Source: Azolla caroliniana
Lineage: Eukaryota > Plantae > Polypodiophyta
NCBI GenBank assembly: GCA_043228905.1
Contig: JBHGNT010000015.1
Span: 9,114,001-9,178,000 of the forward strand
Direction of reading: 5' to 3'
Length of the DNA stretch: 64,000 bases
Shown here: piece after piece, positions 23,940 through 36,231 of the stretch
Layout of the letters: each line of letters begins with the position of its first letter
Position numbering within the stretch: the first letter of the stretch is position 1
Program-made: the position numbers and the translations under genes
The notes under the pieces: generated by a model
The model's database searches: none
What the model saw: only the letters and a program-made list of their open reading frames with translations
What the model was told of the DNA's origin: nothing

Positions 23940-25875
23940 TTGTACACTCACGGAGCGTTTGATGGCTCTAGAATCCCCATCGCCACCTTCTCCTTGAGCA
24001 AGTCGATGACTTTCGGAATATGCGCCCACGGCACCGGAATCGGCTTTAGGCTCCACGGCACATGGTCAATCGTGAAGATCACCATCGGCTCCACTATCTT
24101 CGGATCAACACACCCTATCTCCTTCGATGTAAATGCAAATGCTTTTCCATGTTGTTCCAACATCTCACGAAACCGTTCTTCTTCTTTTTGTGAGAGGAAA
24201 CCACCTCCACCGATCCGAAGTTTCTTCCGGGTCTCATCCGAGAAGGCATGTCCGATATCCACGAACTTTCAAAGTGTTGGATCTCCCGAGACTTCTTTCC
24301 TCTTTTGTTCGCTATCGGCGGGTAGCGGTCCTACGGCCGGTTTCACTTTCTTCTCCACGGTCTTGTATTTCATACTTACCATTACTTCTTCTTTGCGGAA
24401 TGCATCCGGCCCCATTTTCGCAATGATCTCGTACATCTCGACCGATTCCACCGGGACTACCTGGTCTTCTTGGTTTTTACCCTCCACAAGCTCTTCAAGC
24501 CATTGTAGTGTGCTCCAATAGAACACTTCTTTGACTACCCCCACAATTTCTTCATCTTCTTTTATTATTTATGCCGACCATAACTTACTCTCTACCTTTC
24601 GATATTCTTTCTTCATTCCTCCGGCTACGGCTGCGTACGTTGATGCCCCATCCAGACCGATTCGTACTTGTTTTGCTCCAAGAGTCTTCTTCCTGTGTGG
24701 GGTATCAAGGCTTCTCGGACTATCACTTCCCCACTCTGCAACAGTCCTATCTAAAAATCCATCTTCATTTGGGACAAGAGCTCCCTCTTGTTCCTTTCAT
24801 GATTTGCCGGCACTGTTAGGAATTGGACGGATTTCCCTCCGTTTTGGCTCCGAATTCATGCAAAAGCCTCACCGTATCGAGCACCTTTGTCTCCATCCGT
24901 GAAGCCGTGATAAAGGGTTGCCCGAGGATCACGGAGTGTGAGACCTCATCTTGCATGAAGAAATTTTGGTCTATCTCCACATCCCCGATCTTCACCGTCA
25001 CATCCGGACAAGCCGCAAATAGCTCTTCTGTTGCTTTAGTGGTTGCCCGGATCTTCCACCCATGATTCGTGTTAATAGGCCACTTACCCTTCCAGTAGAA
25101 CTCCTTGGACATCAAGTTGATCTCCGATCCATGATCAATCAATGCTAGCACGGGCTCTTTAATGTTACCGATTCGGACCGGAGTCTCCGTAGTTGCGCGT
25201 GCCCAGTGTGGCTTTGTTTAGTGAGAATTCGGTATTTCATCCTCCAATTCGGTGTCATTCATTAGAATGGTATTTGCATTCACCCTTGGAGCGTTCTCCT
25301 CCGTACTTTGCCTTTTTCTCTTCACGAGATCCACAAGAAGATCGTGGAACTCCTTCTTCGCTATTTCGAGTAATTCTCGAGGCGAAAAATCTACCCGGCT
25401 ATCGAGGATTCTCTCCTCGAACACCTTTTTCAAGTCCGTTTGTTGTTCGATGTCTGAGGCGAGTTTGAATGCCGGAATCATCTTTTCTTTTCCCTTACCT
25501 CCGGAGTTCTAGCTTTCCGGTGTCTTCGATGGACCGGCCACCTCATCCGTGCGCCGTCGCTTCTCATCTACATACACTTCATGCAATTGGCATATAGCAA
25601 ACACGCTATTCTTATCCACGGGGCACTCCCATCCTGTAGCTTCACAGATGCCTTCCGCGGTGCTTCGGATCTCATTGCAGTCGGTTTTCTCGGGGTTTTC
25701 TAGCATATCCGGCCAAAAAGATGCCTTTGCTCCCAACGACTCACCCACACTTATTCCCGCGGTTGTTGCATAATTACCTTTTGCCGCTATTTCCTCCTCT
25801 AGAACCTTCTTCATGCCACCTTTCCGGAAGTTCAGTCGGAGTGGCTTCCGAGAGTCCATCGAATGAATCCGATTT
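23940..25875 (-). mobile_element. Fragment of a distinct gypsy lineage (gag end, protease, RT N-terminus)
   Basis: LIDHGSEINLM protease motif. RT start FAFTSKEIGCVDPKIVEPMVIFTIDHVPWSLKPIPVP...GILEPSNAP. Confidence 0.8.
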
Positions 25876-28375
25876 CCCTCGTAGTAGATATGCCCAGTGG
25901 ATTTTGGGCATGCTCTTCTCCTCCAGCATCGCCCTCGCCATGTCGATAATCAACCGGTTCTTCCTCTCGGCCACACCATTTTGCTCCGGTGTGTATCTGC
26001 AGCTGAACTCTCTCCGAATTCCTTTTTGCTGCAAATAACTATTGAATTGGTTGGAAAAATATTCTTTTTCGCCATCCAACCATAGGCACTTGATCTTCCT
26101 CTCCATTTCCCATCCAACCAGGCTTTGCAGGTTGTGGAAACACTCGAAGACTTCGCTCTTCCGCTCAATGAGGTAGATCCATGTGTGTTGACTATAGTCA
26201 TCAATGAAGGAGACGAAGTATCGACTCCTGCCAAGACTAACATTCCGTGCCGGTCCCCATCCATCCGAATGAATAAGGTCATTCTTTTTACGGCCACGGT
26301 TTCGTTCGGTGGGGAATGGAAGCCAATGTTGCTTCGCGAGTTGGAAGGCTTCACAAATTTGGACCTTTCGGCCACTGAACTTCGGCAAACCGAAAACAAC
26401 TTGTTTTGATTGCATGTCTTGAAGCCTCGATAATTGACGTGGCCGATCCGCTTGTGCATGAGATCAATATCCAATTCAATCTTCTGTCCTTTGGCGAACA
26501 AAGCGGTGTCGATGTCATTGGTGTCAAGGATGAACATCCTCCCATCTCTGCGCCCTTGTGCAATAATCTAGCCCTCTTCCTCGATGAAGCACCCAAGGTG
26601 CGTAAACCGCACCTACATCCCCTTGTCAACGATCTGACCGACTGACACCAGGTTCTTCGTGATAGTGGGAACATGTAATGCGTTCATCAACTTCCCCCTC
26701 TGTCCGACATGTCTCAAAGGAATTTCTCCAATATGCACGATTGGGTGAGGAGTGTCGTCTTCAGTTTCGACGACTCTCAGTTGTTCCGGTTTCTCCAAGA
26801 AAGAGAACCACTCTCTGTGGCTCGTCATGTGATTCGATGCACCGGAATCAATGTACCACATTTCCTCCGATTTGGAAGTGGTCTTCTTCATCGGGTTAGC
26901 CTCGTGTTTCATCACCAAGGTTGGCCCTTTACCAGCTTTTCCGGTTTTGGATCCTCCTGATCCTTCTGCGTAGTGCGAGTATTGCCGGTTCTCTCTGCTG
27001 GCCTTGCCAGATCCGGATCTGTCCGAATCGGCGCGCTTCTTCCAGCACTAGCTTTCTCTGTGGCCCTTTTTACCACAATACCAGCATTCCGTGTCGGCCT
27101 TAGCTTGCCGACCTCCGGCGCCGCCTTGACTCCCCCTGCTTGTGGAGGGTCCGGAACTGATGTCAGCACGTTCTCTATGCCTTCGGTCCTGCTCTTGCTG
27201 GACGCTACCATTGCGAGCCGACCCGCCTCGTCCACCACGCCCACGGGGCCAATCCGCCTCCGTGTACAACATCCAGTTGTCGGTGGGTGCACTTGTTGAC
27301 GCATCGGTGTGGTTCTCCTCAACAAGGAGCATCTACTGTAAGTCGAAAAATGACGGCGTATTCTCCCTTGTACATACCGACGTTTGGAATGCTCCGAACA
27401 TAGACGCTCGGCCCCCAACACAGATCTACAGCATCTCATCTTCCTCTACAATGACGTTGATAGAGGCAAGTGAGTCACAGATCTCTTTGATTCGGGCCGT
27501 GTAATCGGCTACCGACATGTCCTTTTGTTGGACACTACTCAAGTCCTATCGAACATGCAGCTTCCGAGCTGTAGTGCTTGCCGCGAAAACCTTCTTCAGG
27601 TTTCCCCAAGCTTCTTTTGGCGTCTTGGCATCTCAGACATGGCTCAGCAGTTGGTCTCCGACATTGGATGCAAAGCAATACATCACTCTGGTTGTCGCTT
27701 GTTCCCACATTGGGAAGTCCTTGTGTGCCACATCAAGTGTTGTGTCGTTAGCTCCATCGACATAGCTCCAGTAACCATGCCCAAGCAAGTATTGGTGCAT
27801 CTTGTATGAACAAGATGTGTAGTTGGATCTGTCAAGCTTCTCCACCGGGAGCGAGCTAGCCATTCCTTTGTCCATCACTTCTCTTTCTATTCTTACCGGG
27901 TCTTAGGGTTTGTCTCTAGATGCTGATGTCGGCTATAGAGGTTCTCAACCCTCGCGCTCTGATACAATGTGAAAGCAAAGGTGCAGAAGCATTAGACAAC
28001 CGGCTTAGCCGGATAGCAACAGAGAGAGAGAGAAAGATTAACACACAGAAGGTACGCACGAGAGACAGAGAAAGAGCAAAACAACTTAAATCTATTTTCA
28101 ACAACTCTGTAAAAATCTCTGTATCTACAACGTGCTCAACAACACTATTTATACAAGTCCTAAGAGGATTGACAAAAGTACAATGTACTTCAATGCTCAC
28201 ACGAGCGTCTGACACTAACTATGAGACATTAACTGCCTAGTAGTCTAGGTTTCCGGTTACTCCTTGATCCGGCTAACCGGCTCCCCAACTCACCAATTCG
28301 GCTCATCCTACCGAATGCCGATCCGGCTCAGGCTTATTCAGCCGATCTGGATCCGGTTGAGCTTGCCACTTAACA
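25876..28375 (-). mobile_element. 5' half of a copia element: LTR 27968-28375, PBS-Met, gag, protease, integrase
   Basis: gctctgatac PBS at 27956-27965. KLDRSNY gag, CWYCGKKGH zinc knuckle, WYIDSGASNHM protease, PEQNGVAERKN integrase. Confidence 0.9.
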
Positions 28376-28794
28376 CACACAAAGCGCCAAAGGCTAAACA
28401 AATAGAATGGCCGAGGATCGGCTAAAGAGACGGGGGCACTAAACAGATGATAGAGACGCAACGTTGTCGTGTGGTTTTTCACACATGATATGAAAACTAT
28501 GTAAAAAAATAATGAAATAATTATTTTAGATTAGATTAGTAGCTTGTTATAGAAAGATGGATGTACTCTAGAGCTTCAAAACACATTTTACTACATACAA
28601 AATGGATAACTACATATCAAGTTATGAGAACATAGGGAAAATAGAACTATGACTATCCCACATAGATAGGAAACTTAAGGCCCTGGCTATATAAGAACAC
28701 TAAGATCCCTCATTTTTCAATTTGTGCTAAAAGCACTTTGGCCACTTTGTCTAGATGGATGAATGTGGCCAAGTTCCCAAAAACCAACTAGCAA

Positions 28795-28990
28795 TAAAAT
28801 GGAATTAGTCGGTAATGGAATCGAAACCAGTCGGTAAGCAAACCGGAACTTGCCGGTAATCAAAATGGAACCGACCGGTAAGCAAATTGGAACCGGCCGG
28901 TAAGCGATTTGGAATTGGTCAGTAATCAAACCGGAACCGGTCGGTAAGCAATCCGGAACCGGCCGGTAAGCAAATTAGAACCGGCAAAAT
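28795..28990 (+). repeat. Degenerate ~20-21-bp tandem repeat (ccggtaagcaaattggaa-like)
   Basis: Repeated units of cggtaa...ggaacc, probably within LTR U3. Confidence 0.7.
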
Positions 28991-29116
28991 CGGCAATCGG
29001 ATGGTGTCAAAAATCGGGTGGATCTGACAATCGGCGAAGATCGAGACGGACATATGATAGGATCATGTGGCTAATTAAAGTAAACTAAAGTAAAGGTCAT
29101 GTGGACGGTCGCATGC

Positions 29117-31597
29117 AACCCCCTTGGGAGGGGGATGGAGCCATTCTAGGCACCACCCCCCCCCCCCATGTAATGCTTCTCAATGCACATCCCGCACCGA
29201 TCACCATCTCCATTATTATCATCACACTCACCATGTCTATCTTTATCATAATTATCACTAACCCTAACCCTAAAAACCTACAACACTTTTTGGCGACCAC
29301 TAAGGTGACCCCCCTTTGAAGATGAAGTTGAAGACTAATACGCGGCAAAGCCATGGAAACAACGAAATGTGTAAGAAATCAAATCGATGATGTGCGAGAA
29401 ATGGTGATGGTGATTGAAAGCCGTCGAGGAATGCAACACGGTGATGTTGTGCGCAAGGAAGATGAAGAATGATATGTGGTGATGATCTGCGAGAAATGGA
29501 ATTAACGACGATGTGCAACAAATGGCAATGATGATGTGCATGAGAAGCGGGAAATGGCAAATTGATTGTGGCACGATTCTACGAACTAATGTTTATATCA
29601 ATGGAAGTGCAGAGGAGAGGGACCCAACCGTCACAAGCCCTATCTTCCAAATGTGAGAGAATGCATTTCTATTCACATACGACCAAACAAACACTACTAG
29701 AAAAAAAGAACGACAAGATCAGAAAAACAACCGAATAGACATCAACAAGCCAGACGGACAAACAATGGCTGGACCAACGACCAGAATGCAAAGAGGTGGC
29801 CAAAAACCCTAAGCAAGGACAACGGTCACAGGAGTGGTGTCCTGACAATGGCAGCGAACAAGCAACAATTGGAGAGCGACCAGAGCAAAACAAGCTGTGA
29901 CAGAGCAGCAGTCAGAGAGCGACCAAACAGACGACTAGATGAAGCGGCGATGACCAGACAGGCTGACAGAGATGACGACGACACCTGACGACGACCGCTC
30001 GACGGAGACGACCACAGAACCCGACGAAGCAGCGACCGCAACAGGAGAGTTCCGGCCAGAGAGGGGCTAGATAGCAATAGGAACAGTGGCCAAATATCAG
30101 CCGAAGAGCGGAGAGAGCGGTCGGAAGGGCCGGAAACTGGTCGGAATAGCCGGACAGTGGTTGTAGCAACCGGTGCGACCAGAGGGTCAGACAAGGCCGG
30201 CGACGGACCAGAAGACAACGGACAAATGGCTGGGACATGAGCTAAACAATGACCGGAGTGGCGGCAAATAATCAACGGCGGCAGCGAAAAATTAGCGACG
30301 AATATGGCCAAGTAGAAGCGATCAGATGAACGATGATGCCAGAAAATGGCAGAACTAGCTAGACAAACCGGACAGACAAGCGGACGGGATGGACAAGCCC
30401 CGGATAGCTGACGACCGGACAAACGGCAAGAGGATGACCGGAATAGATGGACACGCCGGACAAGGCGACGGATGATGGCCAGAATAGCAACCATCGAATG
30501 GTTACAGAGGCGGCCGAAAAGACACGACCAGAAGGGCCGAATAGAGCCGAAGACAGAGACGGCAACAAACTGTCAGCCACACAAACAGGAAAAAGAAGAC
30601 GAAGAGGATGAAGTTTGAGAAAGAAGATGTAGAAACAAAGGAAGAAAACAAGAGAGAAGACAAAGAAGAAGAAACAGACAACGATAAGAGAGAGAGAGAG
30701 AGAGAAAATGCAAACAATAAAAAAAGTAGAGTGAAAAACAAGAGGAAGTAAAAATAGAAGGGCATTAAAAGAAATTTTGCAAATATGAGGCTATATAGAA
30801 AATTCAAAAACCTAAGGGCATTGTCATTAGTTTAGAAAATTGGAGGCTACAATACCTAAATTTAAAAACTCATCCACCTAAAGAAATGGACGTGATCGAC
30901 CACGACAAATCAAACAAAATTAAGAAAGAACACACATACACACAACATGCTTTTGGACCCATGATGATGTTCGTGAACCGACAGAGCGCGAATGTTCGTG
31001 TCAATGAAGATTCGTTGACCGATGGAGATGTTCGAGTCAAGCGCTCCGATCGAGGGAGTTGATCGTTGAGAGGACCGATGGAAGTTCTGGTCGAAGAAAG
31101 ATTATGATCAAGGCTTGTGGGATCGACGTGCAAGGCACTCTCCCACGGGCGTGCCATATTGTGTTATCGTACGAGATGTATAGGTGATTGATAACTGTGA
31201 TAAGTGAGGGTGAAAGATGTAATGTGTTGATATGTATGTGTAATGTTATACGATTATGAGTGTGAATGTAAGTGTGAGTGTGGTGGATACAAAGAGGTGT
31301 GAGTGAGTGGTTAGGTGTGAATGCCCAAGGGGCTTGCATCCTTGTGTATCTACCCCTTTGTACCTATTTAACCCCTTATGGGGAATGAATGAATACAATG
31401 ATCATTTCTCTCTTAATCTCTTTCTCTTCCCTCTCCCTAACGTTGAACCCCCTTGGGAGAATGGCTCCACCCCCCACCCCGCAATGCTTCTCAATGCACA
31501 TCCCGCACCGATCACCATCTCCATTGCTATCATCACACTCATCATGTCTATCTTTATCATAATTATCACTAACCCCTAACCCTAAAAACCTACAACA
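29117..31597 (+). mobile_element. Putative non-autonomous gypsy-type LTR element with non-coding interior
   Basis: Direct repeats 29117-29285 and about 31447-31597 both end ...aaccctaaaaacctacaaCA. The first is followed by PBS TGGCGACCAC (29291-29300). No gag/pol motifs are visible between them. Confidence 0.6.
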
Positions 31598-31911
31598 ATC
31601 ATGATATTGCAAGACTCGAACCCGTGACCTTATGTTACGTGGGTCCAGCTCTTAACCATTATACCATCTATTGTAATACAAAAAATATTATGTTCATTTA
31701 TGCTTTATTATAGAAAATTGATGTATATTCCAGATTTCTCTGGAACATTCTAAAAACTTCAGGAGTACTCTTGAGAACACTATAAAAGGAGGCACAAGGA
31801 ATTATTTTGAACCAAATTGGTTCAACGCCAGTCTTAAGCCTCCTAGCCTTCCTTGTATATTCTTCGCACATAATATATCTCTATCATCACTCTCTCTCTC
31901 TCTCATCCATA

Positions 31912-32312
31912 CATGTTAGAGCCCATACTGTTATCTGCCATTCGAACCATTGCTTCCATGCGACTTAGCTCACATGCATTGCGATGTGAAACAGGGCGTT
32001 GGGGTACAAGTGATGAGAGTGGTCGGCTATGCACACTTTGCCCTAAACAAGTTCGCGAGTCTGAGTATCACACTTTGATACAATGCTCTGCCTTTGATCA
32101 TATTTGACCATGCTTTCCACATCTCTTCGATCGAGCCCAATCTTTGCATGAATTCCTCTCACAACCACAATGTGCACTCTCGATTGCAACATTCATTGGT
32201 AAAGTTCTTGAGCATCGAGAGTCACTACTCACTTTCACACGTATCACATGAAATGTAATATTTTTGGTCTCATAGGTCATATTTAACCTCCGAAGACGAT
32301 AATATAATCTAT

Positions 32313-32346
<34 letters not shown>
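31912..32346 (+). mobile_element. 5'-truncated LINE 3' end with C-terminal zinc finger and (ATCT)n tail, inside the chromovirus LTR
   Basis: MRLSSHALRCETGRW...RLCTLC...ESEYHTLIQC, followed by an (ATCT)n microsatellite at about 32307-32346. Confidence 0.75.
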
Positions 32347-35300
32347 CTCCTTCACTCGAGTGTTCTACACCCTCAATTCTTCTTAGTACTAATATTTCTC
32401 TCTTAGTACTAATTTCGTTTCTGTCTCAGTACTAATCTTGACAGTTTGAACCGATTTTTCTTCTGTCTCCTCCTTTTATCTTCTTACGTTCTTCCTTTTA
32501 ACTTCTTACATCTCCCTCCCTTCATACTAATCTCTTATTCCTCTTTCCTCTCATCCTATGGCCATTGTTAGCGCTAAAGAATATCAATCTGTTTTCTCGG
32601 AGTTGCAATGCTTGAAAGAGAAGTTCCTTGCTTTGGAACAAGAAAATCAACAGTTGTTGGGGGATCTTCAACAAATCTCCTTAGAAAAGCAGCAAATGCA
32701 ACAACAACATGGGTAACTTGCATTATGCGTGCAACAACTCAAAGCAACCATCGTAGCGATGCAACAACAAGGACCCGGAACACAAGGGATTCATAAAGAA
32801 CCCAAGATCGGCCTTCCCTTGAAATTCGATGGAACGCGATCACAGTTTAGAGGGTTCCTTAATCAGGTACGATTAGTTATTCAAATGCATCCTTCCTAAT
32901 ATCCCACCGATGCATCACGAGTGGGTTTAGTAGGCACGTTTTTAAGTGGCTCAATGTTGACATGGCTCGCTCCGTTGTTAGAAAAGGAATCTCCATTACT
33001 AAACAATTTTGAGGAGTTTATAAGTGAGTTTAAAGCCTGTTTTGGAGATACTAACAACATAAGGACAACAATCAACAAAATCCGACGACTACGTCAAGGC
33101 AATCTTCCAGCCTCCGCATATGCTACAGATTTCCATCTACTCGCCTCCAATATCCCCTAGGATGATCAAGCATTAATGGAGCAATTTCGTTATGGTCTAC
33201 GCAACGATGTCAAGGATTTACTATTGACCTTCCCCGAAGAACCAAAGTCATTAACAGAAGCAATCAACCACACGGTGAGATGCGACAACCGCCTTTTCGA
33301 ACGACGTTCGGAACGTCAGTTCCAGGTGCCAAGGGCAAGATCAGAGCCCACCTATGCCTTAGTGGTAGCGAAACCTTTTCCGAGGGAGTCATATAATGCG
33401 TCTCTAGTAAGTACTCCAACTCCAATGGAAATTGACACTATACGTCGTCGTGGACCGTTATCGGAAGAAGAAAAGAAGCGACGTCGAGCAAACTGACTAT
33501 GTCTTTATTGCATTGGACCAAGGCATATTGCAATAACCTGTCCCCATAGAACAAGAAGACAGGTAAACCAAATAGTTGCTAGTTCTGATTGTACTAAACC
33601 CGAGTCTATTTTGGCTGGACTTAGTCGTTTAACTCTTCTTCTAGCTGACTACGAACATCAAATTTGTTTGATAAATTTGGGCTATTAGTACTATTAGGAC
33701 TATCAAATATTCCTACTATTTGGACTATTAGTACTATTTGTTTGGTTGGACAGCCCTAGATCTGTGCAGCCCATTGGTGGTTCCATTCCCTCTAAGGAAG
33801 TTAGCAATGTGTTCGTAGCCCAAGTAACAGTTAGTACTAAAAGTACCCCTCCAGTACATGTCTTAGCACTTCTAGATTCTAGAGCTAATTCTTGCTTCAT
33901 GGATAGGAATTTTGCCCAAGCTCATGAGATATCTCTCAGAAAACTCACATGTTCAGCCTCTGTAGTAGTCATTGATGGTCCTCCCATTGCTTCCGGAAAT
34001 ATCATAGACGAGTCATAGCCCGTTAATATTGTCCTAGATAATCTAGCATGTGTAGTATCATTTAATATAATTAGTAACCTAGAACATCCCATTGTTTTAG
34101 GATTACCATGGTTCGAATTACATAACCCAGACATAGATCGGAGAACAAGAGAAATCCGGTATCGAGAAGCCTGAGGATCTACTCATAAGATTGCAACCAT
34201 TTTGCCAGATCAGTTGCGGGAAGAAGGACGCAAGGAAGAAATGTTTCTCTTCACAATATCATTAAAACCCTCTAACACGACTAAAGAGGAGTCCACCGTT
34301 CAGCTTCCAAAGAAGTATCATCATTATGCCGATGTGTTCGATAAAGTACAAGCCAATACGCTCCCTCACCATCGATCGTATGATTGCCCCATCTATTTAC
34401 AACTGGGAAAAGAGCCACCATGGGGACCGATCTACAATTTGTCACCAACCGAGCTGGAAGTCCTTCGAGCCTATATAGAGGAGAATTTGGCAAATGGTTT
34501 CATTCGACATTCGAAATCTCCAACCGGCGCACCCATTTTCTTCGTCAAGAAAAAGGATGGATCACTTCGTCTTGTGGTAGATTACCATGGCTTGAATAAG
34601 GTAACCATCAGGAATAGGTATGCACTTCCCCTTATCTCAAGTCATTGAGAACGGATCAATAGTGCAAGGTTCTTCACAAAGATCAACTTACAAGGAGCAT
34701 ATAACCTCGTACGAGGCATAAGACTGGCGTTGAATTGATTTGGTTCGAAATAATGCCTTGTGCCTCCTTTTAGAGTGTTCTCAAGAGTACTCCTAAAGTT
34801 TCTAGAATGTTCTAGAGAAATCTGGAATATACATCAATTTTCTATAATAAAACTTAAATGAACATAATATCTTTCGCATTACAATAGATGGTATAATGGT
34901 CAAGCGCTCGACCCATGTAATATAAGATCATGGGTTCAACCCTTGTTATATCATGACATTATCCCCCTTTTAAAACGACGTGTGTCATGAGTGGTTTTGG
35001 AGTGAGGACAAGGTTTGTCTGGATATTGGTGATGGAAGTCTTCAAGAAGAGCATGTGCATTGGTCACATTCTCTATCAGTTCCCAGGTACGGTCGTTAGG
35101 ACTATATCCTAGCAAATCGACTACATAGTAGAGCTTGTTGCAAACAATCTTGGAATCGAGGATGGCAGCAACCTCGTACTCAGGCCCATCGTCAAGTTCG
35201 ATCGGGGGTGGAGGTTCTTTAATACGACCTGGGATGGTGCTACCTTGATACGGTTCGAGGAGCAATCTATGAAACACCAGATGTATCCGAAGTTGTGGAG

Positions 35301-36205
35301 GTAGATCGAGACGAAAAGCGACATCATTAATTTTTCCGATAATACGAAAAGGACCTAATCACCGATAATCCAACTTCTCGCATGGGCGAGTAATATTGAT
35401 GTGTCGTCGTAGTAGCCATACTCGATCGCCAATGTTAAAACTGGATGGAAGCCAACGACAATCTGCGTAAACCTTGTGTGTTTGTCGAGTGTGTTTTAGA
35501 TGAATAGATAAATTTGCTTGTATCTTGCGTAACTGCTCCAAACGATCCTCTTGGGTAACTCTGGAGTTTCAAATACACACCACCGGGGGTGACAACCCGT
35601 ATAAGCATAAAATGGTGTAACCTTTGTCGATGAGTGGACAAAGTTATTATACACAAATTCGGCGAAGTGGAGAATATTTGCCCAGTCATCTTGATGATAG
35701 CTTAGGAAACACTGCGGATACTGCTCCAGCGTTTGATTAGTTCGTTCTGCTTGGCCATCTGTTTGCCGGTGGTAGCTGGAGGAGAGGTTACAAGTGACCT
35801 TAAGCATTTTAAAGATGTGCTTCCAGAACTTCAAGATGAACTGGGGTCCACGGTCATTGATGATATTATCGAGAAGGCCATGATGCCGACATACTTCACG
35901 CATGACAATTTCGGCAGTTTCCTCACTAGAGATTTCCTTTGTACATGGCAGGAAATGGGTCATCTTCATATATCGATCTACTACTGTTAAGATCGCACCG
36001 AATCCCTTAGAGATCGGAAGATCTGTGATGAAATCGAGAGCAATGGATTGCCATGGCTTGCTTGGAATTGGTAATGGTTCTAATAAACCATATGGATGAT
36101 GCCTTGGCATTTTTGCTCTGCAACATATATTACAAGTCCGAAGAAAATCTTCGACAAATTGGCGCATATGGGGCCACTAGAGTGATCGTTGTACTAAGTC
36201 TAATG

Positions 36206-36231
36206 TTTAGGGTTTAGGGTTTAGGGTTTAG
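36206..36231 (+). repeat. Interstitial plant telomere repeat (TTTAGGG)3 TTTAG
   Basis: Read directly from the sequence. Confidence 0.9.

Noticed and set aside
29826-30807. Ser/Leu/Phe-rich minus-strand ORFs as membrane proteins
   Set aside because: They are a by-product of extreme purine skew and low complexity, with no conserved motif.
31603-31668. Functional tRNA gene
   Set aside because: No convincing acceptor or anticodon stem could be formed. Reported only as a tRNA-like promoter module.
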